Part shown: in pieces, positions 30,001-38,869 of the stretch
Numbering within the stretch: position 1 is the first letter of the stretch
Layout of the letters: each line of letters opens with the position of its first letter
Assembly (NCBI GenBank): GCA_025360715.1
Contig: JANYBS010000031.1
Coordinates: forward strand, 1,708 to 65,707
DNA: 64,000 bases
Source of the DNA: Candidatus Eiseniibacteriota bacterium
Lineage (GTDB): Bacteria > Eisenbacteria > RBG-16-71-46
Direction of reading: 5' to 3'
Program-made: the position numbers and the translations under genes
Notes under the pieces: generated by a model
Database searches by the model: none
What the model was told of the DNA's origin: nothing
What the model saw: only the letters and a program-made list of their open reading frames with translations

Positions 30001-30540
30001 CTCGTGCCGCTCACGCTCGTGCTGGTGCTACTGCTGTTGCTCATGCAGTTCGGCAATCTGGCGCAGGCGCTGATCGTGCTCGCGTCTGTTCCTTTCGCGC
30101 TGGTGGGCAGCGTGTGGCTGCTGGCGATGCTGCACTACAACCTGTCGACCGCCGTGTGGGTGGGGTTGATCGCGCTGGTGGGGCTGGCCACGCAGACGGG
30201 CGTGGTGATGATGGTCTACTGCGACAGCGCGTATTTCCGCTGGCGCCGCGAGGGCCGCATCCGCGGGTTGGCCGACATTCTTGACGCAACCCTGGAAGGC
30301 TCTGTGCAGCGCGTGCGGCCCAAACTCATGACGGTCGCGACCATGCTGATCGGCCTGGTGCCGCTGCTGTGGTCGCAGGGTGCCGGCGCCGACGTGATGA
30401 AGCGCGTCGCGGCGCCCATGGTGGGCGGGCTGATCACGTCGGCGTTTCTCACATTGGAGATCATCCCGGTGGTGTACGCGTACTGGCGGTATTCGCAGTG
30501 GCAGCGCGAGCAGCGCCAGATCAACACGCCTTCGGCTTGA
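27031..30540 (+). CDS. Heavy-metal efflux RND transporter (CusA/CzcA family) with a ~95-aa Gly/Ser/Ala/Met-rich insertion
   Basis: 12-TM RND architecture with conserved AcrB/CusA blocks. The insertion GKSGGPSGSGAGDGMSNN...DMGESAGDDGMGGGMSGGGSAPRAP... lies between conserved VLVPLHG and HVPLGQIADIRITSGPPMIR. Confidence 0.9.
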   Translation: MMIPRLIAFCATRRTLVFVITILAFIGGLVAMRAVPLDALPDLSDPQVIVFTDWMGRSPDLVEDQVTYPIVSSLLGAPKVVAVRGQSMFGMSFIYVIFQEGTDLYWARSRVLEYLSTIRSRLPEGVTPTLGPDASAVGWVFQYALVDKSGKHDLAELRAFQDFHLRYALSSVPGVAEVASVGGYERQYQVEVDPAHLHAYGLSVGDVTSAIRRSNREVGGRVIEMSGREYFVRGRGYIKSLDDLRSVAVGADTRTGTPVRVGDIGRVSFGPDIRRGVAELDGEGEAVGGTIVMRSGENALTVIHRVKAKLAELKASLPPGVELQVVYDRSSLIERAVHTLRHTLVEEAIVVSLIIFLFLLHFRSTLVPVLTLPIAIALAFIPMKLLGIHSNIMSLGGLAIAIGAMVDAAIVLVENAHKHLETAPPGADRTQVLIAAAQEVGPAIFFSLLIITVAFLPIFGLEGQGGRLFKPLAYTKTFAMAFAALLSVTLAPALMVVFLKGRVRHESEHPVSRALMAAYRPFAWVALHNPRMTIAIGLAALLSAVPMAMHLGHEFMPPLNEGDLLYMPTTFPNISIEEAKKYLQVQDRILASFPEVERVFGKAGRSSTPTDPAPLSMVETVVKLRPREQWRDIGVRRWYSAWAPGWLKPALQPLWPDHRRISWDELVAELDRQVSLPGWTNAWTMPIKTRIDMLSTGVRTPIGIKVFGADLDSIERIGMDLERIVSKVPHTRSVYSDRSTGGFYVDIVPDRAALARYGLTLGEVQDVVEAAIGGQPIETTVEGRQRFTISVRYPADMRQDIGRLKQVLVPLHGKSGGPSGSGAGDGMSNNAAAPPQVLLASAGLLDMGESAGDDGMGGGMSGGGSAPRAPTSAPGMRSAAAPAPRGIAGAAADPGAASFGSAFGATGAHVPLGQIADIRITSGPPMIRDEAGLLTGYVYVDMDERGQDIGGYVDQAKRAVEKQLKLPPGYLLKWTGQYELLESMQQRMRVLVPLTLVLVLLLLLMQFGNLAQALIVLASVPFALVGSVWLLAMLHYNLSTAVWVGLIALVGLATQTGVVMMVYCDSAYFRWRREGRIRGLADILDATLEGSVQRVRPKLMTVATMLIGLVPLLWSQGAGADVMKRVAAPMVGGLITSAFLTLEIIPVVYAYWRYSQWQREQRQINTPSA

Positions 30541-30620
30541 CGAGACCCGCGGCGCGCGGAGAACTTCTGCGCGCCGACGAACGATTCCCACACGCCCGCT
30601 GCGGCGGGCAGGAGGACACG

Positions 30621-30953
30621 ATGAAGCGCATGCTCATGACGATCGCACTCGCCACGGCTCTGGCGGGCTGCGCGCCCAAGGGCCCATCCGAGATCCAGGT
30701 GGCGGTGACCGACAAGGGCTTCGAGCCCGCGAGCGTGTCGATCAAGAAGGGCGCCGACGCCGTGCTGGTGATCACGCGCAAGACCGACGCCACGTGCGCG
30801 ACCGAGGCCGTGTTCGAGACCACGGGCCGCAAGTACGAGCTGCCGCTCAACACGCCCGTGCGCATCGAACTGCCGACCGAGGCCGCGACCACGATCCACT
30901 ACGCATGCGGCATGGGCATGTACTCGGGCCAGATCGTGGTAGCGGCGAAGTAA
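30621..30953 (+). CDS. Lipoprotein with cupredoxin-like domain (putative copper-binding)
   Basis: AGGAGG then ATG at Met 85 of the track ORF. Lipobox MKRMLMTIALATALAGC. Motif TTIHYACGMGMYSGQIVV. Confidence 0.68.
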   Translation: MKRMLMTIALATALAGCAPKGPSEIQVAVTDKGFEPASVSIKKGADAVLVITRKTDATCATEAVFETTGRKYELPLNTPVRIELPTEAATTIHYACGMGMYSGQIVVAAK

Positions 30954-30959
30954 GCGCCC

Positions 30960-31781
30960 TTACGCCAATCCCCAGTCGTCGAGTTCGTCTTCGTCCAGGC
31001 CCATCAGGTGGCCCACCTCGTGCAGCACGGTGATGCGCACTTCGTGAGCGAGTTCGTCGCGGTCGGTGCACGCGCGCAGGAGATTGCGGCGAAACAGGTA
31101 GATGGCGCCCGGAGCCTCGGGCGCTTCGGTGGAACTGCGCGCGAAGATGTGGCGACCGGCGAATAGTCCAAGAAGATCGGGCGTAAGTGGCGGGTCCTCG
31201 GCGGTGAGCATCTCGCGCGCGGGCAGGTCCTGCACGATCACGGGGAGCTCTTCAAGCTGCTTGGCGATGCGCTTGGGCAGGTCGGCCACGGCCTTCTCGA
31301 CGAGCGCGTCGAAGTCCTCGTTGCCGACATCGAGCGGCAGCGGGAAGGCCTCGGGATCGATCGCATACGCATGGTCGGCCGCCTCGGAACTCTTCTCGGC
31401 GTCGCCCAAGTGCTCGAACACGCGCGAGAGCAGGTCCCACGCGTAGCCGTACTCGGGCCTTATGCCCAGCGCCTGTTCGGCATCGCGGCGCGCGTCCTCG
31501 AACTTCACCACGTCATAGCTGGCCGCGGCGCGCACCGCAAAATACTCGGCCGGGTCGGCCGCGCGTTCCGCGCCGCGCAGCACGATGAGCGCCTGGACCG
31601 CGTCGCCTTCTTCCAGGCAGAGCTGGGCGTCGAGCAAGCGCAGATCCGACTGCCCGGGGCGCTTGGCGCGCAGGGCATCGAGCGCTTCGCGCGCGTCGTC
31701 GAGCTCGGCCTCGTCCATGAGGTCATGGATGTGCTCGACTTGCGTCCAGTCCGTCTCGGAGAGTGTCTCGTAGTCTTTCAT
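30960..31781 (-). CDS. Minimal zincin-type metallopeptidase-like protein (HExxH) with helical N-terminal region
   Basis: HEVGHLMGLDEDEL at the C-terminus; acidic TPR-like N-terminus. Confidence 0.65.
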   Translation of the reverse strand: MKDYETLSETDWTQVEHIHDLMDEAELDDAREALDALRAKRPGQSDLRLLDAQLCLEEGDAVQALIVLRGAERAADPAEYFAVRAAASYDVVKFEDARRDAEQALGIRPEYGYAWDLLSRVFEHLGDAEKSSEAADHAYAIDPEAFPLPLDVGNEDFDALVEKAVADLPKRIAKQLEELPVIVQDLPAREMLTAEDPPLTPDLLGLFAGRHIFARSSTEAPEAPGAIYLFRRNLLRACTDRDELAHEVRITVLHEVGHLMGLDEDELDDWGLA

Positions 31782-31833
31782 TTGGCAGCGAGCGTACTCA
31801 GGTTATCGCGCCAGCGCCAGCGCCGCAGCGTTC

Positions 31834-34518
31834 TCACTTCGCCACGTGCGTGCGGCCCTTGACCCCGGGCAGTCCTGTCACGCGGTACAACTGGTTCGTG
31901 CTGCTGGTGTACGAGATCACCAGCGACTTGCCGTCGTGCGAGGGGCCGATCGACTCGATCTCGGCGTCGGGCGGCGAGACGTACCGTGCATGCGAGGGCG
32001 TGACCACACCCATGCTCTCGTCGAAGGGCTGCTCATACACGCCGAGCCGGCCATCACGCTGCTGCCCCAGGATGAAGATCGCCTTGCTGTCGGCGCGCCA
32101 CCGCGAGCGGCCGGCCTGCAGCTGAGAAGGCTGCAGCGCAAGCCCCGCGGCCTGGAAGGGCAGCACGACGCCGTCCGCGAGCCGCACGACACCTACGCGA
32201 TTCTGGTCATTGATGTAGCTCGCGTAGCGCCCGTCGGGCGAGAGGTCGGCGATGATCGCGGTGGTGTTCACGAGCCGCGTGAGGCCCGTGCCGTCGGGAT
32301 GGACCTTCCAGAGCCCCGCGGCCTTGGAGTTGCCCGACGCGTAGATCACCCACTTGCCGTCGAGTGTCAGGCTCGGGTTCTCGGCGTCGACCCCGTCATG
32401 GCTCACTTGGTGAGGGTTCGTGCCGTCAGCATTCGCCATCCAGATCTCGTAGTTGCCGCTGCGGCTCGAGCTCCAGAGGATCTGCGAGTCGTCGGGCGAA
32501 TAGGCCGGATCCCAGTCTTCTTGGTCGCACTGTGTGAGCCGGTCGATCGCGCCGGTCTTGAGCTCGAGCCGCCAGATGCTGCTGGGGCCCGTGCGATTCG
32601 AGGCGAAGAGCAGGTAGCGGCCATCGTGCGAGAAGCACGGCTGGCGGTCGGCGGCATTGCCGCTCGTGAGCGCCGTGGCCGGGCCGTCGTGGTCCAAGGG
32701 CAGCAGCGAGAGGTGCGAGCGGTTGGTGGCGGTGCTGAACGCCACCTCGCCATAGCCGCCCACGGACGCCGACATGATCGGGTGGGGCTGGTACAGGATC
32801 GGGCGCAGGCCCTTCTCGCCGATCCGGTGCAGCGCCAGGTACGACTCACCCACCAGCACCGACAGCCGCCGTTCGATGATCGACACCAGTACGGTGTTGG
32901 GATCGCCTGTCCAAGCGGCGGCGCACACGAATCCGCGGTCGGGCGCGGCGAGCGAGTCCGTGACCTCGCCCTGCGGCGTCATGATGAGCAACGAGATCCC
33001 CGAGCCGATCTGCGCGTCGGAGTTCGCGACCGCGCCGAAGTGCTTGGAGTCCGGCGACCAGCAGCAGGTGAACACGTTGTTGGCAGGCAGCACGCGGATC
33101 GTGCGATCGGTGCCTGTGGTCATGTCGCGCAGCATCAGGCGAAGACGCGAATCGTTCAGCGCGGTGGTCGTGGAGTACAGCAGCCAGCGGCCATCGGGCG
33201 AGAGCCGGCCCACGGTCGCGCTGGGGATGAGCACGCGGTCCTCGCCGCCGAGCAGCGAGGCGCGGTGCAGCGAGGAGACGATCGTGCCCGCTTGGGCCGC
33301 GTAGAGCACCTCCTGGCCATCGGGCGTGAAGCAGGCGGAGAAACTCGTGTCGGCGCCGAACGAGCGCTCGCTGCCGGTGCCGAGCTGGCGCACGTACACG
33401 CGCAGATGGCCATCGCGGCGGCTCGTGAACGACATGAGCTTGCCATCGGGCGAGAGGTCGGGATCCGCGTCGGCGTCGGAGCTGCCGATCTCGAGCAGGT
33501 GTGGCGGGTCCTGCGCGGCGCTGCCTGGCATGAGCTTGCTGGCGCCGAACACCAGCGCGCCGCCCAGCAGCAGTGCGGCGAAGAGTGCCAGAGGCTGCGG
33601 ACGCGCGCCGCTGCCGGCGCCGCCCGCGCGCTTGAGCGCATCGATGCCGCCGGCCGGCAGCGTCTGCACGCTGGGCTCGGCCATGGACTCCAGCGCGAAT
33701 GCCAGATCGCGCGCGCTCTGGAATCGCTGCGCAGGCTCCTTCTCGAGCAGGTGCTCGACCACGCGCCGCAGCGCGGGCGGCACGGACTCGGGCAGGGGCG
33801 GCGCGTCGCTCTGGATGACCGCGGCCAGCGTCTCGATCGCGCTCGCGCCTTGGAACGTGCGTGCGCCGCTGAGCATCTCATGCAAGACCGTGCCGAGCGC
33901 GAAGAGGTCGCTGCGCGCGTCGGCCGCCTGGCCGCGCGCCTGCTCGGGCGCCATGTAGCCCACCGTGCCAAGCAGCACACCGGTCTGCGTCATGGTGGCG
34001 GTGAGCGAATCGCCGCTTTCGGCCGCAACGCCATCGCGCTGCGTGAGCTTGGCCAGGCCGAAGTCGAGGATCTTGAGCCGCGAGTCGCGGGTGACGAACA
34101 GATTCTCGGGCTTGAGGTCGCGGTGCAGCACGCCGCGCTCGTGCGCCGCTGCCAGGCCACGCGCGGCCTGCAGTGCCAGGTCGATCGCGCGCTTGGGCGC
34201 GATCGGCCCCTTGGCGAGAACGCTGCGCAGCGTGCCGCCTTCCAATAGCTCGCTGGCCACGTAGGGTGCGCCGTCCGCGACGCCCGCTTCGAAGACCGTG
34301 AGGACGTTCGGGTGGTTCAGCGCTCCGGCCGCGCGCGCCTCGACCTCGAAGCGCAGGAGGCGCTCGGGATCGCGCGCGAACGCTTCGGGCAATACCTTGA
34401 CTGCGACCTCACGGCCGATGCGCGGGTCCTTCGCGCGCCACACCTCGCCCATGGCGCCGGCGCCTAAGGGCGCGATGATCTCGAAGGGTCCGATGCGTTG
34501 ACCGGGGCTGAGCGACAA
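31834..34518 (-). CDS. Ser/Thr protein kinase with C-terminal TolB-like (PD40/WD40) beta-propeller
   Basis: TTG at 34518 preceded by GGAGGAG; the longer track ORF to 34965 is Arg-rich and overlaps the divergent gene. Kinase motifs GAGAMGEVW, HRDLKPENL, DFGLAK. Repeated SPDG(R/K)W..YAS propeller blades. Confidence 0.8.
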   Translation of the reverse strand: MSLSPGQRIGPFEIIAPLGAGAMGEVWRAKDPRIGREVAVKVLPEAFARDPERLLRFEVEARAAGALNHPNVLTVFEAGVADGAPYVASELLEGGTLRSVLAKGPIAPKRAIDLALQAARGLAAAHERGVLHRDLKPENLFVTRDSRLKILDFGLAKLTQRDGVAAESGDSLTATMTQTGVLLGTVGYMAPEQARGQAADARSDLFALGTVLHEMLSGARTFQGASAIETLAAVIQSDAPPLPESVPPALRRVVEHLLEKEPAQRFQSARDLAFALESMAEPSVQTLPAGGIDALKRAGGAGSGARPQPLALFAALLLGGALVFGASKLMPGSAAQDPPHLLEIGSSDADADPDLSPDGKLMSFTSRRDGHLRVYVRQLGTGSERSFGADTSFSACFTPDGQEVLYAAQAGTIVSSLHRASLLGGEDRVLIPSATVGRLSPDGRWLLYSTTTALNDSRLRLMLRDMTTGTDRTIRVLPANNVFTCCWSPDSKHFGAVANSDAQIGSGISLLIMTPQGEVTDSLAAPDRGFVCAAAWTGDPNTVLVSIIERRLSVLVGESYLALHRIGEKGLRPILYQPHPIMSASVGGYGEVAFSTATNRSHLSLLPLDHDGPATALTSGNAADRQPCFSHDGRYLLFASNRTGPSSIWRLELKTGAIDRLTQCDQEDWDPAYSPDDSQILWSSSRSGNYEIWMANADGTNPHQVSHDGVDAENPSLTLDGKWVIYASGNSKAAGLWKVHPDGTGLTRLVNTTAIIADLSPDGRYASYINDQNRVGVVRLADGVVLPFQAAGLALQPSQLQAGRSRWRADSKAIFILGQQRDGRLGVYEQPFDESMGVVTPSHARYVSPPDAEIESIGPSHDGKSLVISYTSSTNQLYRVTGLPGVKGRTHVAK

Positions 34519-34695
34519 GTCTCCTCCAGACGTGGGCCATGCGAGTACGTGCGGCGCGCAGCATAAGCGCCGCGGCTGCCGCGTGGAAAGTCTGCGCTGG
34601 CGCGAATGCCCGCAATTGGTGCAGCGTGCGTGCGTGTGCATGGCGCCGGTGTGGCGCCGGTGTGGCGCGAGCGAACTCTTCTGGCAGGAGACAAG

Positions 34696-37164
34696 ATGAA
34701 GATCCGCGGCTGCGTGGTGACGTGCTTGTGGCTGGCTGGCGTGTGCGTGAGCTCGGCCCTCGCCGCCGATGCGCCGGTGTACCAGAGCCCGCCTTCGGCG
34801 ATGGCCGACATCCTGAGCGCGCCGCGTCTGCCGCGCACGGCGCCCGACTTGTCGCCCGACGGCGCGTGGATCGCCCAGAGCGATTTGCGCTCGCTCATCC
34901 CGATCGCGGTGCTGGCCGAGCCGGTCGAGAAACTGGCTGGCTTCGAGATCCTGCCGCAGCTGCATGCGCTGCGCCGGGACCTGAAAGCCGCCGCGGCGGG
35001 CGTGACGTTCTATCGCGTGGCCGACGGCAAGAAGGTGCGCGCGCTGTTACCAGCGGATGCGCGCGTGGGTGCGGTGGAGTGGTCGAACAAGGGCGACCGC
35101 GCGGCGTGCGCGCTGTTTGCGGACGGCGGCGCCGACTTGTGGATCGTGGACGCGGCCACGGGCGCGGCCAAGCGCATGGACGGCGTGAAGCTGCAGGGCG
35201 TGCCGGGGCTGTGGATGCAGTGGAGCAACGACGATCAGGCGGTCTTCGTGGCGGCGGTCGACCTGGGGCTGAGCGCGCCGAGTGCCGCATCGCGCGTGCC
35301 CGCAGGCCCCGCGGTGCGCAAGGCCGCGGGCCGCGCCGAGCCCCAGCGCACCTCGCGCGATGTGCTGCGCACGAGCGAGGACCAGGCGCGTTTCGCGTAC
35401 TTCGTGCGCACCCAGCTCTGGCGCGTGCCGGTGGACGGCAGCCCGGCGCTCAAGCTCGGTGCGCCCGAGGCGATCGCCGAAGTCGGCCTCTCGCCCGACG
35501 AACGCTCTATCCGCGTGACGCGCTTCACGCTGCCGGCGCCCGTCGGCTTCCCGGCCGCGTTGTTCCCGACCACGAGCGACCTGTGGCCCATGGCCGCCGG
35601 CGCGAGCGCCGTGGTGGCATTCGCCAGCGCGCCGCTCAACTCGCGCAGCGCCATCGCCAGCACGGCCTCTTTGGGTCCCCGCGAGTTCACATGGGCTCCC
35701 GACGGCAAGTCGCTCTGGGCCGCGGATTGGGAAGACGCCGCCGGCAGCAACATGAACGCCGCCGTGCGCGACACCTCGCTGCCGCCGCCGGGGCGCGACC
35801 GCATCATCCGCTGGGACGCGCCGTTCACGGGCGCGCCGCGCGAAGTGGCGAGCGCGCAGTGGCCGGTGCAGGCGCTGCACTTCACGAGCGATGGCGCGAA
35901 GTTGTTCGTGGAGGAATCCTACGAGCCGCGCCGCGACGAGCGCGTGTGGTGGCTGAGCGTGGCCGATCCCGCGCAGCGCCGCATCGACGTGCTGCGCTCG
36001 ACCGAAGGGGTCTACGACGCACCGGGCAGACTGGTGAGCTTTTCAGAGCACCATCAGGAGCTGGTGCGCGTGACCGCCGACGGCAAGAGCTTCTATCGCG
36101 CCGGTGAAGGCTTCAACGCTGCGGGCCAGCAGCCGTTCCTGGACCGCTGTGCATTCGCGGGCGGCAAGCCGTCGCGCCTCTTCGAGAGCGACGCGAAGCA
36201 CCTGGAGCAGGTCTTCGCCGTGGCGGATGCGGGCGCGAAGAGTTTCATCACGCTGCGCCAGAGTTCGACCGAACCGCCCAATTACATGTTGCGCCATGCG
36301 GGCGATCCGGCGGCGCGGCCGATCACCGACTTCGCCGATCCGGCGCCGGCGCTCTCCAAAGCGCAGCGATTCACGTTCGAGTTCACGCGCAGCGACGGCG
36401 TGAAACTGCACGCCGAGGCCGTGCTGCCGGCGGACTGGAAGAGCGGCAAGCCGCTGCCGACGCTGTTCTGGATCTATCCCAACGACTACCGCTCGGCCGC
36501 GGCGGCGTCGCAGAACCGCACCTCGCCGAACCGCTTTCCGTCGCAGAGCGCGCTCAACCCCGAGGTGCTGATCACCCAGGGCTACGCGGTGATCAAGCCC
36601 GACCTCGCGATCGTGGGCACGAACGACCAGTACGTGAGCGAGTTGCAGAAAAGCGCGCAGGCCGCCGTGGACGAATGCGTGAAGCGCGGCTTCACCGACC
36701 GCGACCGCATCGCCGTGGCGGGGCACTCGTATGGCGCGTTCTCGACCGTGAACTGCCTCGCGCACACCAAGCTCTTCCGCGCCGGCCTCGCCAGCGACGG
36801 CGCTTACAACCGCACACTCACGCCGTTCACCTTCCAGGCCGAGACGCGCACGCTGTGGGAGGCCAAGGACACCTATCTGGGCATGTCGCCGTTCCTGTAC
36901 GCGAACCAGATCGATGCGCCATTGCTGCTGGCGCATAACCAGGACGACACGAACGTGGGCACGAACCCGATCCAGAGTGACCGGCTCTTCGAGGCCCTGA
37001 ACGGCCTGGGAAAGACCGCCGCGCTGGTCCAGTACCCGTACGAAGATCACGGCCCGGTCGCCCGCGAGACCGTGCTGGACTACTGGTCGCGGGCGCTCGA
37101 TTGGTTCGACCGGTACGTCAAGAACGCCCCGGCGCGCGCGCCGGAGAGCGCCCCGCGGCCCTGA
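34696..37164 (+). CDS. S9-family serine peptidase (prolyl-oligopeptidase/DPP-like) with N-terminal beta-propeller, secreted
   Basis: AGGAGA then ATG at Met 31. Signal peptide MKIRGCVVTCLWLAGVCVSSALA. Nucleophile GHSYGAF. Confidence 0.85.
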   Translation: MKIRGCVVTCLWLAGVCVSSALAADAPVYQSPPSAMADILSAPRLPRTAPDLSPDGAWIAQSDLRSLIPIAVLAEPVEKLAGFEILPQLHALRRDLKAAAAGVTFYRVADGKKVRALLPADARVGAVEWSNKGDRAACALFADGGADLWIVDAATGAAKRMDGVKLQGVPGLWMQWSNDDQAVFVAAVDLGLSAPSAASRVPAGPAVRKAAGRAEPQRTSRDVLRTSEDQARFAYFVRTQLWRVPVDGSPALKLGAPEAIAEVGLSPDERSIRVTRFTLPAPVGFPAALFPTTSDLWPMAAGASAVVAFASAPLNSRSAIASTASLGPREFTWAPDGKSLWAADWEDAAGSNMNAAVRDTSLPPPGRDRIIRWDAPFTGAPREVASAQWPVQALHFTSDGAKLFVEESYEPRRDERVWWLSVADPAQRRIDVLRSTEGVYDAPGRLVSFSEHHQELVRVTADGKSFYRAGEGFNAAGQQPFLDRCAFAGGKPSRLFESDAKHLEQVFAVADAGAKSFITLRQSSTEPPNYMLRHAGDPAARPITDFADPAPALSKAQRFTFEFTRSDGVKLHAEAVLPADWKSGKPLPTLFWIYPNDYRSAAAASQNRTSPNRFPSQSALNPEVLITQGYAVIKPDLAIVGTNDQYVSELQKSAQAAVDECVKRGFTDRDRIAVAGHSYGAFSTVNCLAHTKLFRAGLASDGAYNRTLTPFTFQAETRTLWEAKDTYLGMSPFLYANQIDAPLLLAHNQDDTNVGTNPIQSDRLFEALNGLGKTAALVQYPYEDHGPVARETVLDYWSRALDWFDRYVKNAPARAPESAPRP

Positions 37165-37263
37165 AGCGCTGCAGAATGTCCCGCCGGCTGCCGAGAAACA
37201 GGGCCGCCGGCGCGTTGCTGACCCGGCGTCCGCGTCCGCCGCAACGCTTTTCGCCTCCTTGTC

Positions 37264-37293
37264 TTGACGCTCCCCAAGGGTGGCCCCTAGACT
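37264..37293 (+). promoter_or_regulatory. Promoter-like element TTGACG-N18-TAGACT, 60 nt upstream of ATG 37354
   Basis: Shares the extended motif GGGTGGCCCCTAGaCT with the elements at 43099 and 40359. Confidence 0.4.
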
Positions 37294-37353
37294 CAGTGAC
37301 CTCACCTTGGCTCCCGGCTGCCTTGTATCCCTTTTGAGGAGAGACTCCACAAG

Positions 37354-38790
37354 ATGAAGTCCCTCGTGACCCGACTGACTGCCGCTCTGCTGGCGCTCGT
37401 GGCCGTCGTCCTGCTCGCTGGCGCTGCCGCGAAGAGCGCGACGATCGCTTCGCCCGACAAGCTCGTCATCCTCTCCACGACCGACGTGAAGGGGAAGACG
37501 AGCCCTTGTGGCTGACACACGCCCAAAGGTGGCCTCGCCCGGCGGGCGAGCTTCGCGGACAGTCTCAAAGCGCAGTACGGCCAGGTCGCTCTGGTCGACA
37601 ATGGTGGGTTCTTCCCCGAACTCGAGGACTATCAGGACGTCGCCTGGTTCCTGATGGACTCGATGAAGCTCCTTGGCATCGACGCGATCGGCGTCAGTGA
37701 GAAGGAGTTGCGCTGGGGCAAGAGCTTCCTCATGGCCAACTACAAGCGCACGCAGGCTCCGCTCGTGTGCGCGAACCTGTACGACAAGGCGACCAAGAAG
37801 ACGCTGGTGGCCCCGTACCTCATCAAGAAGATCGGCGCGGTCAATGTTGGATTCTTCGGCCTGACCAGCGACAAAGTGGACATGGGGATCTCGCGTGATT
37901 CGCTCACGGTGGAAGACCCGTCGGTCGCCGCCAAGCGCACGGTCGAGGAGATGCACAAGAAAGGCGCGACGGTCGTCGTGCTGCTGTCGATGCTGGGCAA
38001 GGTCGAAGCCGAGGACCTGGTCAGCTCGGTGGATGGCATCGACGTCGTGATCGTGGGACGCAACACGCCGCTGCTGCAGAAGGGCCGGCTGATCAAGAAC
38101 ACGATCGCCTGCTACGGCGGTGAGCAGGGTCAGTACATCGGGCGCACGCTGGTGTCGCTCGATGCGGGCAAGAAGATGACCACGGGCGAGAACGATACGT
38201 ACATCCTTGGCCCCGAAGTCGGCGAGAAGCCCGAAGTGCTCACCCTGGTGAAGAGCTTCGAAGACAACTTCAACGACAAGCTGCGCAAGGCCGAGAAGGC
38301 CCGCGCCGCCAAGGCCGAGATCGACAAGGCCAACGGTGGAACGGGCACGACCGAGCAGGCGGTGGACCACTATCTGGGCGCCGAGCTCTGCCAGCGTTGT
38401 CACGCCGAAGAGTACAAGCAGTGGCAGGGAACGGGGCACGCAGGCGCATGGCAGACACTCGTCACCCAGAAGAAGGAAGCGACTCCCGACTGCATCCCGT
38501 GCCACGTGCTCGGGTACAAGCAGTCGGGCGGCTTCCAGACGGGCGACGATGCGCCGCGGTTGGCGAACGTCCAGTGCGAGAGCTGCCACGGCATGGGCAC
38601 GACGCACGAGTCGTATCCGGCGCAGACGAAGCGGATCACGGAGGCAACCTGCAAGGGCTGCCACACGATCAGCAACAGCCCGGCGTTCGACTTCGCGATC
38701 TACGAGCCGCATATCCTGCATCACCCGCCGGCCTCGATGCCGCCCCTGCCGCCGAATCCGGCGAAGCAGAAGATGATGGGCGGACACTGA
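37354..38790 (+). CDS. Degenerate 5'-nucleotidase-like domain fused to a tetraheme cytochrome c domain, containing in-frame UGA (candidate selenocysteine) at codon 54
   Basis: GAGGAGAG RBS plus ATG 37354, then signal peptide MKSLVTRLTAALLALVAVVLLAGAAA. In-frame TGA at 37513-37515 in SPCG-TGA-HTPKGG, where paralog 38870..40315 has TGC (Cys). Same frame as track ORF 37654..38790 with no other stop. Four CxxCH motifs: CQRCH, CIPCH, CESCH, CKGCH. Confidence 0.6.
37513..37550 (+). other. In-frame UGA plus downstream hairpin (candidate bacterial SECIS)
   Basis: TGA at 37513-37515. Stem CTCGCCC (37534-37540), loop GGC, stem GGGCGAG (37544-37550); loop G is ~26 nt from the UGA. The small 3-nt loop makes this a weak structural match. 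Confidence 0.35.
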
Positions 38791-38869
38791 CGGCTGTTCC
38801 ATGCGACCAAGAGGGCTCCGGACCGGGCGCACCGGTCCGGAGCCATTTCGTTTCCGGGAGAGGGCTTTC

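Noticed and set aside
34519-34965. N-terminal extensions of several track ORFs: kinase to 34965, coiled-coil to 55457, DedA-like from 46023, M28 to 8815, MsrQ-like to 14017, and the first 20-85 codons of several plus-strand ORFs
   Set aside because: The extensions are Arg/Pro-rich with no signal peptide or domain, and often overlap divergent or upstream genes. Internal starts with RBS and signal peptides fit better.
37513-37515. Interpreting the TGA simply as a nonsense mutation (pseudogene) or sequencing error
   Set aside because: Not fully excluded, but disfavoured. The substitution sits exactly at a conserved Cys codon (TGC to TGA), next to another Cys. The rest of the 478-codon gene, the RBS and the signal peptide are intact and conserved relative to the paralog. 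Kept as a Sec candidate pending the checks listed.
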